Source of the DNA: a virus
Strand: one strand, 5' to 3'
IMG/VR virus record: IMGVR_UViG_3300037467_001462
Span: 1-64,000 of that record
DNA: 64,000 nucleotides
The notes beneath the pieces are model-generated. The model worked only from the letters and a program-made list of their open reading frames with translations, did not search any database and had not been told where the DNA came from. The position numbers and the translations under genes are program-made. Of the stretch, positions 55,672 through 64,000 are shown in pieces. Within the stretch, counting starts at the first letter, position 1, and the number at the start of each line of letters is the position of its first letter.

Positions 55672-55802
55672 CTCTCTTGTCCTGTTCCTGTTGATGTTTC
55701 GGTTTCCTGCGGTAATCCTTGCCCGACCGGACCGGTGACGCTGCCGACGACGAACGCAACCCCTGCCGGCGACGCCACGCAGACAAGTCCGGACGCTCAG
55801 GC

Positions 55803-56120
55803 TCAGTCATTCTCGGGCCGGTAGACGATCGGCCACGTGTGTTCCACTCCGGACCGCCAGCTAGCAGAACCCTCAGGAACGCACGTCCGGTATGGGGAAT
55901 ACAGGCTGTTCACACGCACAGCGATGATCCGGCCATCCGGAGAACGGCGCACAGTCCCGACCGGATCACCTGTCAGAACATCGTTGATGCCATCGATCAC
56001 CTCGCGGATGGTGCTCTCCGGGAGCCCGGTGCGGTCGACAGTCGCGCGGATCTGCTTCTCATCGAGCGTGATAGGCACCGAGGCGGTTTGAGGTGCGTCA
56101 AGGAAATCTTGGTCGGTCAT
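55803..56120 (-). CDS. Hypothetical protein
   Basis: DPVGTVRR motif. Confidence 0.65.
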   Translation of the reverse strand: MTDQDFLDAPQTASVPITLDEKQIRATVDRTGLPESTIREVIDGINDVLTGDPVGTVRRSPDGRIIAVRVNSLYSPYRTCVPEGSASWRSGVEHTWPIVYRPEND

Positions 56121-56252
56121 CTTTTATCCATCGCTAGAAAGTATTGGGGAAGGGGCGGGTTGGTTGCGGGGGAGCGTCGTTGATCCCGCCACGTCGTTGT
56201 GGAGCAACCAACCCAGTCAGGGGGATGGGCGATGACTGCATTCAGCTCTGGA

Positions 56253-56465
56253 TCAGTCGTTCTCCTGCTCAGTCCAACCCATCGCGATCCGGCCGCCTTC
56301 TTCGCGGGCGTCGGACAGTTCGGAAGCGATCATCGACCGCAGGATCCGCAAGGACAGCGCGGTTTCGCGTTCGTTGTTGCCATTGGGTTCGGTGGCCTCG
56401 GCTCGGGTTGCGTTAGCGAATGCGGCCAAGGCTGATTCGATGCTGTCGGGGATCGTGGCGATCAT
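56253..56465 (-). CDS. Hypothetical protein
   Basis: CAGGAG RBS; downstream of operator at 56511. Confidence 0.6.
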   Translation of the reverse strand: MIATIPDSIESALAAFANATRAEATEPNGNNERETALSLRILRSMIASELSDAREEGGRIAMGWTEQEND

Positions 56466-56510
56466 CGGGGGCTCCTGTCTCGTCCTGTTGTGTAATAGCA
56501 TAGACGAAAT

Positions 56511-56526
56511 GTAGTGACAACACAAC
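56511..56526. promoter_or_regulatory. Phage operator
   Basis: GTAGTG-ACAA-CACAAC in AT-rich intergenic gap. Confidence 0.7.
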
Positions 56527-56553
56527 AGTGTAGCGACAAGAAAACACCCAACC

Positions 56554-56760
56554 TCAAACCGCGGCAGAACCCAGGTACTCCAACTCCCACGTCGGATGAA
56601 ACGGCACCGAACGCTTATCGCCATCCAAACGGATACGCAGATACGGGCCCCTGGTCCCGGTGATCGTTCCCAGCTGCGGCACCTTCTCACCCGTATACCG
56701 AACCCGCCCACCACGCTTCGCCGGCACCCCGTAACTGTCACGCACCCACTGCATACTCAC
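56554..56760 (-). CDS. Small SH3/KOW-like phage protein
   Basis: YGVPAKRGGRV...GTI...LRIRLDG...HPTW. Confidence 0.7.
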   Translation of the reverse strand: MSMQWVRDSYGVPAKRGGRVRYTGEKVPQLGTITGTRGPYLRIRLDGDKRSVPFHPTWELEYLGSAAV

Positions 56761-57074
56761 CGGTCGGCCTCGATGACCTCACGGACACTGACTCCGTTGC
56801 TCCGGAGTGTGGGCGCCACCTTCCGTGCAATCTCCATTGCGGTGTCGAAGTCGTGCCGGAACTCAGCCAGCCACTCCGCGGTGCGCTCAGACGAGGTCGA
56901 CTCCCAATCCGCCTCGCCCGCAGCGTTGTAGCAGCGCTTGAAACGACGGACAGCCCACTTGTCGTGGCCCGCGTACTCCACGAGCACCGTGTATTCGAAA
57001 GCGTGATCGTGGTCGATCGGCAGACACGACACCGAATGCGTTGTGGCGTACTCGAAAGTCATCAGGCGCGTCAT
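56757..57074 (-). CDS. Hypothetical protein
   Basis: Coupled leftward operon gene. Confidence 0.65.
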   Translation of the reverse strand: MTRLMTFEYATTHSVSCLPIDHDHAFEYTVLVEYAGHDKWAVRRFKRCYNAAGEADWESTSSERTAEWLAEFRHDFDTAMEIARKVAPTLRSNGVSVREVIEADR

Positions 57075-57604
57075 CGCGGGATCTCCTCGGGCTCCCACAG
57101 CACGGTCGCTGGCAGTGAGATCCGCTCAGGCAGCAACCGAGCATGATGACCGGGCGACCACCAAGCACCGTCAAACCGCTCGATCACACCGCGGGACAAG
57201 CCGTCAGGGGCCTCCCAGCGGACGACCGTGTACTCCGGGAGCGATTCAAGCTCTGCGATGGTCTCGATGCGGCGGGGCGGTGGACGCCAGCCCTCCATGT
57301 GGTCGAGAACATCAGCTGCTTCGGCGAGGCAATCCGCTGGCCAATGATGTTCGGACTTACGGGCGGAAGCCGATGCGCCGTGCCACCGATCCTGTAGTGA
57401 CTCCCCGTCGGGGATGGCGTTCTCGGAGAGCCGCATTGCCTGCCGGTAGGTGGTGATCTTGTCCAGGAGTTCGGCGTCGCGGAGGATGCGTTCGGCAACG
57501 ACGAGGGTGTCCAGGCCGTCCGGCACCGGAGGCGTGCTCCAGACGTGCCGCATGAGAGCGTGCCGCAATCCGGCGAGCTGGTCGCGGGGTTCGTTACTGG
57601 GCAT
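57071..57604 (-). CDS. Hypothetical protein
   Basis: IET..ELESLP...LPATVLWEP motif. Confidence 0.65.
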   Translation of the reverse strand: MPSNEPRDQLAGLRHALMRHVWSTPPVPDGLDTLVVAERILRDAELLDKITTYRQAMRLSENAIPDGESLQDRWHGASASARKSEHHWPADCLAEAADVLDHMEGWRPPPRRIETIAELESLPEYTVVRWEAPDGLSRGVIERFDGAWWSPGHHARLLPERISLPATVLWEPEEIPR

Positions 57605-58058
57605 CGGAATCGGTCTCCTCGGGTTTCGGTGTGGTCTTGTCGCCGGATTCGTACGGCACTGTCCAACCCAGACGCTGAGCGAGCTGTCGACGTGCTTCGG
57701 CGCCGCCCTGCCACCGGTAGTAGTCGTGGTCGGCGTTGGCGTTGCGGCATGCGTTCACGTACTCGACACGCTGATTGATGAATTCGGCGATCGTTGCCTC
57801 CAGTCGGGCGGCCTTCTCGGCGGCATCCAGCAGGGCCGGAAGATGGTTCCGCATCCAGGCAATCGCCTCGGCAGTCTCAGTGTTGATGAAGTCAGCAACA
57901 ACACCGCCGGCGCCCGCTTCGGACGGCCACTTGTCAACAGACATCACGCAATACCCGCCGATCAAGTCGTTCAGGTACGGGAACCATGGCGCCGAGACCA
58001 GCGCGGCCTCCAGGCGGTGGCCTTCGGCGATATCAGCGGCAGACAACGGATCAGGCAT
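57594..58058 (-). CDS. Hypothetical protein with Ead/Ea22-like segment
   Basis: AEAIA..RN.LPALLD followed by coiled coil. Confidence 0.55.
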   Translation of the reverse strand: MPDPLSAADIAEGHRLEAALVSAPWFPYLNDLIGGYCVMSVDKWPSEAGAGGVVADFINTETAEAIAWMRNHLPALLDAAEKAARLEATIAEFINQRVEYVNACRNANADHDYYRWQGGAEARRQLAQRLGWTVPYESGDKTTPKPEETDSDAQ

Positions 58059-58824
58059 CGCGCACCTCCCGCAGCTCGGCGATGATCACGTGCATGTCCT
58101 CGTCTTTCGCGAACCGCTCACGCTGCATCTCGGCGGACAGCTTGTCCGTGGCGAGGTTGCGGGCCGGCAGGATGCCGAACGGGCCGTCGGCGTTCTTCTC
58201 GCGAGCCATCGCGATATAGCCCAGCGGGGGTGTCGGTGAGGTGGCCGCGAACCGTGTCCCGTCCCCGTCGGCGACGATCGGCAACAACTCCCAACCACCC
58301 TCAGCCGCGAACTCCTCACGCTCCACACGCCACTCCTCGCCAGCAGGGAACACCTTGGCAGGCTCCTCCCACTCCGGCCCCTCGGCGCTCACGGCGAAGT
58401 AGCGCTTCACGGTGATGTAGGCGTCTGGTTCGGTGGGCGGTTGGTTAGCCTCGCGTGCGAACGTGATAGCGGCACCGAGAAGATTTCCGGCCGCCGAATT
58501 AGCCTTCGCCAGGGCCGATTCCAGTTCGGCGATGCGGGCGCGGGCCTCGGACAATTGGATCTCCGACGATCCCCAACGCTTGGCGTTGTTGCTGGCCTGC
58601 CGCAGCATGAATTCCGCTTCACCCTGCCAGCGGCGGCGAGAGCGCAGCAGGTGACGGATCAGCGACAGGGCGCGGAGATGCCGGGCGCGCTTATCTAGGA
58701 GTTCGCGGGCCATATGCTCAGCCGCCCATTCGGCCGGATCGAAGAAGTCTAGAGCGCCACCCTCCTCGACGATCCTGCGGAGTTCGTCGTCGGTGAGCGG
58801 TTCGGGTGTCTGCTCAGTGTTCAT
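58051..58824 (-). CDS. Hypothetical coiled-coil protein
   Basis: ARARIAELE; coupled. Confidence 0.6.
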   Translation of the reverse strand: MNTEQTPEPLTDDELRRIVEEGGALDFFDPAEWAAEHMARELLDKRARHLRALSLIRHLLRSRRRWQGEAEFMLRQASNNAKRWGSSEIQLSEARARIAELESALAKANSAAGNLLGAAITFAREANQPPTEPDAYITVKRYFAVSAEGPEWEEPAKVFPAGEEWRVEREEFAAEGGWELLPIVADGDGTRFAATSPTPPLGYIAMAREKNADGPFGILPARNLATDKLSAEMQRERFAKDEDMHVIIAELREVRDA

Positions 58825-59069
58825 GCTGCTACCTCGGCGGGTTTCCAGTAGTCGGAGAGGGCGGCGCGTTCGACGATGGTGAACGCCCACGTGTGACCGG
58901 TAGGGCTGCGGTACATGAGGTGATCACCACTGTCGGCGATCAGGCGGTAATCATCGCCAGCCATGACGATCCGGACGCCTTCCAACAGTTCGACCGCTTC
59001 CGCATAGTCGTCGCACACGTACACCTCCGGTTCGAGGACGCTGCTGGTTTTCAGGACCGTGTAACTCAT
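58821..59069 (-). CDS. Hypothetical protein
   Basis: ATGA-coupled. Confidence 0.6.
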   Translation of the reverse strand: MSYTVLKTSSVLEPEVYVCDDYAEAVELLEGVRIVMAGDDYRLIADSGDHLMYRSPTGHTWAFTIVERAALSDYWKPAEVAA

Positions 59070-59380
59070 GCGGCGTTGTCCTTCTTCAGGTGGTAGTGGG
59101 CGGCCTGCCAGGTGAGGCCGGCCGCGCGGGCTGCTTCGGCTTTGTTCCCGGTTTCGGCGTATACGCGGCGCAACACGTCGATGCGTTGTTGGCGTTGGGT
59201 GGCGGCGATGGAGGTGTTGACACCTTGGGTGACTCGTTTGTGGGAGCGGCCCCAAATGATCTTCCAAACGGTTTGTTCTGAAACCCCGTAGCGTGCCGCG
59301 AGTTTCGGCACCGAGGTGTGTGGGGGCTGGGTGTGGGCTTTGAGGATGGCGCGGACTTGACGGTCGGTGAGACGCGGCAT
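59066..59380 (-). CDS. Double-HTH DNA-binding protein
   Basis: LAARYGVSEQTVWKII and NKAEAARAAGLT. Confidence 0.75.
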   Translation of the reverse strand: MPRLTDRQVRAILKAHTQPPHTSVPKLAARYGVSEQTVWKIIWGRSHKRVTQGVNTSIAATQRQQRIDVLRRVYAETGNKAEAARAAGLTWQAAHYHLKKDNAA

Positions 59381-59435
59381 GTTGCTCGCTTCCTACAGGG
59401 GTGGGGGTTTTGGTGTGTTGTATCGAATCATATGT

Positions 59436-59538
59436 GTTGTGCGATCACTACACAATCAGCAACCTGCTAGAAAATTTTGGGACGAATCTGCTGAACCCCT
59501 TGTGTAAGCCAGGTGACACAACGTAGTGTTGTCACTAC
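59436..59538. promoter_or_regulatory. Divergent early promoter region with two operators
   Basis: GTTGTG-CGAT-CACTAC (59436) and GTAGTG-TTGT-CACTAC (59523). Confidence 0.75.
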
Positions 59539-59576
59539 ACAACCGGGTGGCACCGGGACAAGCGAAAGGCAACCCC

Positions 59577-59696
59577 ATGAACCCCAACATCGAATGGATC
59601 CCCGTGGTCCACGGCGTGTGCGGCGGCCAAGGATGCCGGCACTGCGTCAACGGCGAAATCACTGTTCGCATCAACCACGAGGAGCACACGCGATGA
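59577..59696 (+). CDS. Small Cys-rich protein (39 aa)
   Basis: GAAAGG RBS; CGGQGCRHC. Confidence 0.5.
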   Translation: MNPNIEWIPVVHGVCGGQGCRHCVNGEITVRINHEEHTR

Positions 59697-60040
59697 GGAC
59701 CAGCTACGACACCGCCGAAATCATCACCCTCCTCGGGCTCCCCGACTACGACGACCGCCTCGTCGGCCGAATCGTCAAAACCGACCAGCGGTTCATTGAC
59801 ACCTGCTGCGACCGCTGCACACAGGCCGCCGCCGTCAACGTCGACTACACGACCAGCGACGAAGAAGGCTACGTCGCCACCGACGCCGCCTACTGCACCC
59901 AGCACGCGGGCGAAGAAATCCGGATGCTCATCGACTTCGAACAGCCCGCCTCCCCGGACCACGACATCGAGGTGACCGTCAACTATTGGGCGATCCGGTA
60001 CGGGGAGTTCAAGCGGGTGACCGAGAAGGCTGCCGCGTGA
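59693..60040 (+). CDS. Hypothetical zinc-binding protein
   Basis: CDRC...YCTQH. Confidence 0.6.
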   Translation: MRTSYDTAEIITLLGLPDYDDRLVGRIVKTDQRFIDTCCDRCTQAAAVNVDYTTSDEEGYVATDAAYCTQHAGEEIRMLIDFEQPASPDHDIEVTVNYWAIRYGEFKRVTEKAAA

Positions 60041-60276
60041 TCACCCGCCACGACGACGGGCGGCGCGCCACCTACTACGGTGACGCGCCCCTGGTCGACC
60101 ACGCCGGATACACGGTCGAGGTCGGGCACGAAGACGACTCCGAGTTGATGACGTTGCGAGTCGGTTTGGACGCCAACGCCATTCACGCCATCCGGGCAGA
60201 CCTTCCCCCCGCCGCTGTCGCCGAACTCCGCGACCGCTGCGACGCATTCCTCAACGAACACCAGGAGCAGAAGTGA
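60037..60276 (+). CDS. Hypothetical protein
   Basis: GTGA-coupled. Confidence 0.6.
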   Translation: MITRHDDGRRATYYGDAPLVDHAGYTVEVGHEDDSELMTLRVGLDANAIHAIRADLPPAAVAELRDRCDAFLNEHQEQK

Positions 60277-60752
60277 GATACGCCGAGGCGATGACTCGCC
60301 TGATCAACGAGCAGTACGCGGACTACGTGGAGCTGCGCCAACGGTACAACCTGGATCAGACCCCAGTGTCGGAGTACACGGCCGACAGCACCAACATCAC
60401 CATCTCCCGCATTGTCGGCGACATGGTCGACAAAGCCACCGAAGGCGCAATCGATTTCGGCACCTTCGACAACTGCCGCGAGTACGGGCTGACTTTCACG
60501 CTCGGTCTGTGGACGTTTTGCGTGTACGAGCACCGCAACTCCGACGAGATCTGCATCGAAGGCTGCCTCACTGCCGAAATGAAGAGCTACGGGCCGTACG
60601 GGGGAATCTCCAAGTACGACACCCTGACCTGCGACGGCCCCGAGGAGTACAAGGCGGTCGCCGACAAGCTGACTTCGATGCTCCGTCTCGTTTCCGACGG
60701 CGGCGAGCACAGTCGGGCAGATCTTCGGGCCGTATCGGAGGTGCCGGCATGA
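60273..60752 (+). CDS. Hypothetical protein
   Basis: GTGA-coupled with RBS. Confidence 0.65.
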   Translation: MRYAEAMTRLINEQYADYVELRQRYNLDQTPVSEYTADSTNITISRIVGDMVDKATEGAIDFGTFDNCREYGLTFTLGLWTFCVYEHRNSDEICIEGCLTAEMKSYGPYGGISKYDTLTCDGPEEYKAVADKLTSMLRLVSDGGEHSRADLRAVSEVPA

Positions 60753-61039
60753 CCGCGCACATGTATGGGACTGGCCCGTTCGACCACTACGGCAAAAGCG
60801 TTCCGATCCGACACGACGAGCAGCCCAACAACTTCCGATGGACCGAACCCATGACCCGCTACTTCGTGTACAGGGATCCGTCAGGGGAGTGGAGCGTGTC
60901 CCAACTGATCGACGCAGACAACTGGAAACACCTCGTCACCCGACCCACCTGGGAGCAGGCGAAGAATCATGCGTTCGCGCTCGCCCGCATCGACCACGAC
61001 TACCGGCCGTTGCCTGCGCGAATGGTGGTCGTCCGATGA
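60749..61039 (+). CDS. Hypothetical protein
   Basis: ATGA-coupled. Confidence 0.6.
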   Translation: MTAHMYGTGPFDHYGKSVPIRHDEQPNNFRWTEPMTRYFVYRDPSGEWSVSQLIDADNWKHLVTRPTWEQAKNHAFALARIDHDYRPLPARMVVVR

Positions 61040-61317
61040 AGGCGCCGAAGTGTGGTGATCTGCGGGTCTGGTACATCGTCGAGCCGCCGCGGAAAGCGAT
61101 CCGGATCAACGTCCGCAACATGGCTGAAGCGCTCGCAGTCCTCGCCACAGTGGAAGCTGTCACCGCTTACGAGACCGTTCACCAGATTCGGCGGGAAGCC
61201 GAGTTCAAGGCTGGTGTGCACCGCTACGAACTCACCCCCAATGGCGGTATATGGGAAGACGTCGAGGAATGGGAACTCGGAGTCACCCAAGACGTCCTCG
61301 ACGCCGAAGCCGCATAG
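61036..61317 (+). CDS. P22 gp17-like protein (candidate anti-exclusion factor)
   Basis: LRVW.I...P.K....V....E pattern, matched to P22 gp17 from memory. Confidence 0.5.
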   Translation: MKAPKCGDLRVWYIVEPPRKAIRINVRNMAEALAVLATVEAVTAYETVHQIRREAEFKAGVHRYELTPNGGIWEDVEEWELGVTQDVLDAEAA

Positions 61318-61458
61318 ACCTTCCGCCCAATTCGACCGGCAACCACCCGACCCGTAGTGCCGGATCGACGGTGTGGGAAGGAGGCGCGGCGGCCCGAAAC
61401 GCCCACAGAGACTTTCGGGCCGCCAGCGCCTACCAAATCTCAAACCCAAGGAACATCA

Positions 61459-61698
61459 ATGAACCCCGGAGCTACCGAGGCCGACATCATCCTGGCTGTG
61501 ATCAACGGCCTGAACGACCAGAAGAACGTGACAGTAGACCGACTGCTGAGTCAAGGCGACGAGTACGGGCGCCTGCTTCTCGAACTGCGCGAGCGAATCA
61601 CTGCCTACGCCGCCGAATGCGACAGCCGCAACGTAGCTTCCGACCTTCTCCACATTCTCAACACCCTCGGCCGGATTGCCCCGGCTGAATCCTACTGA
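61459..61698 (+). CDS. Hypothetical protein
   Basis: AAGGA RBS. Confidence 0.55.
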   Translation: MNPGATEADIILAVINGLNDQKNVTVDRLLSQGDEYGRLLLELRERITAYAAECDSRNVASDLLHILNTLGRIAPAESY

Positions 61699-61715
61699 CA
61701 GACAGGCAGACACCC

Positions 61716-62102
61716 ATGGAATACAACATCCCGCTCATGCGCCGCGTATACGAGCACATCACCCGCCACGACTTCGACCAATCCCACTGGACCAGCTGCG
61801 TCGCCGGATGGACCGTCCGCCTGTCCCGAAGCGACTGGACACTCCTCACCACCACCAACCCGCTCACCAACGGCTTCCAAGCACTCAACCTGTGCACTGG
61901 GGCCATCGCCTTCACCGAGGACATCGCCGGCCACCTGTTGGGGATGGAGCCCGTGCAGATCGCTGGAATCGCGTCCGCCACCAATCCGATGGCCATCAAC
62001 TGGTTGGAAGACATTCTCGTCGAACACGACATGCGCGAATTCGAGCGCATCGCAGCAGGATTCGACACCGAGGACTACCCGATCGGCGAGGTACAAGGAT
62101 GA
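61716..62102 (+). CDS. Hypothetical protein
   Basis: N..L.R.V..HI...Q..W..CVAGW motif. Confidence 0.65.
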   Translation: MEYNIPLMRRVYEHITRHDFDQSHWTSCVAGWTVRLSRSDWTLLTTTNPLTNGFQALNLCTGAIAFTEDIAGHLLGMEPVQIAGIASATNPMAINWLEDILVEHDMREFERIAAGFDTEDYPIGEVQG

Positions 62103-62350
62103 ACGCCGACGACATCCGGACACTCGTGGTCGACCGCCTCAACTTCCTCGTCGACCGCCCGCTCGCCGAAGACCTCGCCAACCTGCTCGCCAACCCTGAC
62201 TTCGTGGGCGGCAACCTGCTGCTCGAACGAGTCGAGTATAAGCAGGACCCGGACGATTGGCCGAGGCGTTACCGCGTGGTTCGCCGCTACGCGACCGAGT
62301 GGCAGAGCGACGCGGACGCCGATTGGTCACTGACGGAGGTATCGGAATGA
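62099..62350 (+). CDS. Hypothetical protein
   Basis: ATGA-coupled. Confidence 0.6.
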   Translation: MNADDIRTLVVDRLNFLVDRPLAEDLANLLANPDFVGGNLLLERVEYKQDPDDWPRRYRVVRRYATEWQSDADADWSLTEVSE

Positions 62351-62634
62351 GCGCCGACTTCGTCTACGGGTACGCGACCGCGGGCTATGAGCGTGTGGAG
62401 GACTTCGCCGAACGCCTCGACTACGCGAAACCGGGGGAGAAGGACAAAGCCCTCCACGACTATCTGGGCGCCCTGCACGCTATCGCCGCCGCTCGTACCC
62501 GTGTCGAGGAAGACCAGGCCCGCAGGCGTGCCGAGAAGCAGGCTGCGATGGAAGCTGTTGTGGCTGCGGTTGAAGCGGCGGATTTGCGGATCGGGAAACC
62601 GTTGCCGCCTCGGACCTTCACGACGGCAGCCTGA
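62347..62634 (+). CDS. Hypothetical protein
   Basis: GGAGG RBS, ATGA-coupled. Confidence 0.6.
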   Translation: MSADFVYGYATAGYERVEDFAERLDYAKPGEKDKALHDYLGALHAIAAARTRVEEDQARRRAEKQAAMEAVVAAVEAADLRIGKPLPPRTFTTAA

Positions 62635-62649
62635 ACGATCTAACCCTGT

Positions 62650-62692
62650 AGCGGCCGGGAATCCAAACAGTTTTTGGACATTCCCGGCCGCT
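62650..62692 (+). terminator. Hairpin terminator
   Basis: AGCGGCCGGGAAT/ATTCCCGGCCGCT. Confidence 0.65.
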
Positions 62693-62700
62693 GCTCTGTA

Positions 62701-62723
62701 CGTAGTGTAAGAACTACACTACG
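62701..62723 (+). promoter_or_regulatory. Phage operator/promoter of whiB operon
   Basis: GTAGTG-TAAG-AACTAC within CGTAGTGTA-N5-TACACTACG palindrome. Confidence 0.6.
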
Positions 62724-62755
62724 ATGATCAGCACCCACTACAGAAGGTGACGGAC

Positions 62756-62869
62756 ATGCTTCACATTCGCCCCTGGATCGCATGGCAAGCACTCGCCTGG
62801 ATCATCGCCATCCCACTCCTCCTCATCGGTGTTATCGCCGCCACTGTCATCGCGGTGGTCAAAGCGTGA
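62756..62869 (+). CDS. Small membrane protein (37 aa)
   Basis: GAAGG RBS; one TM. Confidence 0.55.
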   Translation: MLHIRPWIAWQALAWIIAIPLLLIGVIAATVIAVVKA

Positions 62870-63180
62870 AACGACAGGATCCCTGGGCTGAAGCAGTCTG
62901 CCGGCGACCGGAATACGACGAATGGATGCATGAGCATCGTGCGTCGATGTGGGACTGGTATGTCGCTGAAGAACTCCAGGTGCAGAAAGAGGCGCGGTTG
63001 CGGAAAGCGCGGCGGTTGTGCATGGAGTGCCCGTTGAAGGCGAAATGCCTCGACCTGCACACCGAACTCGTTCAAGCGAATCGCATGTTCTCCGACCGCG
63101 ACAACCGTGTCCCTGGTGTGTGGGGTGGCCGGATCTTCGCTGACAGCGACAACAACAACGACACGGCAATCGCCGCCTGA
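62866..63180 (+). CDS. whiB: WhiB-family transcription factor
   Basis: Four Cys (C...CMECPLKAKC) and GVWGG turn. Confidence 0.88.
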   Translation: MKRQDPWAEAVCRRPEYDEWMHEHRASMWDWYVAEELQVQKEARLRKARRLCMECPLKAKCLDLHTELVQANRMFSDRDNRVPGVWGGRIFADSDNNNDTAIAA

Positions 63181-63188
63181 GGAGCAGC

Positions 63189-63353
63189 ATGAGCATCGAC
63201 AACCGGTACGAAACAAGTTGGGCGCGAGCGATTCTCGCGGGTTTGCAGTCTCAGCCGCACATTTACGGCGGCACCGTCCCCGAAGCTGTCGTAGCCAAAC
63301 GGCGGGCACGTAACAAGCAGGCCCGCGCCTCCCGGAAAGCCAACCGCAAATGA
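63189..63353 (+). CDS. Small basic protein
   Basis: GAGGAG RBS; HIYGGTV...RRARNK.AR.SRKANR. Confidence 0.65.
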   Translation: MSIDNRYETSWARAILAGLQSQPHIYGGTVPEAVVAKRRARNKQARASRKANRK

Positions 63354-63751
63354 GCGGGCACGTATGGCGGCTGGTTGTCGACTCGTGGCCGACCGAGAAC
63401 GGGAAGTCGTTCGCCTCCCAAGGATTCGACTACTGGGCCGACATCCTCGACCGCCTGGAAGAGAAGAAACCTCTTCCCGAGTGGTTGCCCGATGACCTGG
63501 AGTCGTGGCTTGGCGATGGTAGCGCCTATCCAGTGATCGACAAGGGCTACGCCATCATCGACAGCGATCCGCCGGACTATGCCAACGGATATCCGGGGTT
63601 CTCCGCGCATTTGATGAGCGTCCCGTCCGCACCTACACGCCGTTATTTCTCGCAGTCCTCACTGACTGGTCGGTTGGAGGATCTGCGGGCTTGGGGCTGT
63701 GTAGCGCACCTCGAATGCGCCCCGATCGGCGACTGGGAGACCATCGAATGA
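63350..63751 (+). CDS. Hypothetical protein
   Basis: ATGA-coupled. Confidence 0.6.
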   Translation: MSGHVWRLVVDSWPTENGKSFASQGFDYWADILDRLEEKKPLPEWLPDDLESWLGDGSAYPVIDKGYAIIDSDPPDYANGYPGFSAHLMSVPSAPTRRYFSQSSLTGRLEDLRAWGCVAHLECAPIGDWETIE

Positions 63752-64000
63752 CCGCCCCGAATCCTCCCGCGCCCGTGTACCTCAACCGGGCTGAGCAGTT
63801 GATCCGCCAGCTTCCCGCCGGCACCCGATTCGTGAACGCCGACATCCATTCGAAGATGCGTGCCGCGGGCTGGCCGGAACTGTCTGAGCCGCGCCAGTTC
63901 GGGCCGATGCTGTTGCGGCTCAAAGCCGCTGGACTCATCGAAAAAGTTGGTGTCCAAGCAACTTCGGCTCGCTCACATGGCGGCGTCGCATCCGTCTGGC
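63748..64000 (+). CDS. Hypothetical protein, truncated by window end
   Basis: ATGA-coupled; open to edge. Confidence 0.5.
   Translation, partial: MTAPNPPAPVYLNRAEQLIRQLPAGTRFVNADIHSKMRAAGWPELSEPRQFGPMLLRLKAAGLIEKVGVQATSARSHGGVASVW

Larger units (their letters stand above)
1..64000. mobile_element. Temperate siphophage genome segment (actinobacteriophage), attP configuration
   Basis: Continuous phage gene order: head, tail, lysis, integration, immunity, replication, early genes; no intact host housekeeping genes. Confidence 0.95.

Overview
The whole window is a GC-rich temperate actinobacterial siphophage genome segment; the host is probably Nocardia or a related Mycobacteriales genus (inferred from LGFP endolysin, WhiB, DUF397 and the ettA-like att core). 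The order is: minor head protein (MuF-type) fused to an ADP-ribosyltransferase plus a candidate immunity ORF, tRNA-Gln(UUG), head and tail genes with a -1 frameshifting chaperone, tape measure, minor tails, lysis, and distal tail or fibre genes ending in an SGNH hydrolase (to 24.9 kb). An accessory and regulatory block follows (antirepressor module, membrane proteins, an SOS-boxed gene, an HTH-TPR regulator, DUF397), then xis and a tyrosine integrase, an apparently intact attP whose core matches the start of host ettA, the immunity region, recombination and replication genes (YqaJ, DnaQ, initiator, DnaB) and about 50 small early genes in divergent operons sharing a 16-bp operator. Phage genes continue on both sides of the att core, so this looks like the free or excised form. 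No CRISPR array, rRNA, IS element or reverse transcriptase was seen. The most notable observations are a set of translation-related features (ettA attP with a replacement leaderless promoter, an EF-Tu domain-II-like protein, a variant tRNA), a P22 immI-like antirepressor circuit, pervasive C-terminal Ala-Ala tags and the virion-linked ART. All family assignments come from motif recognition by eye, not database searches.
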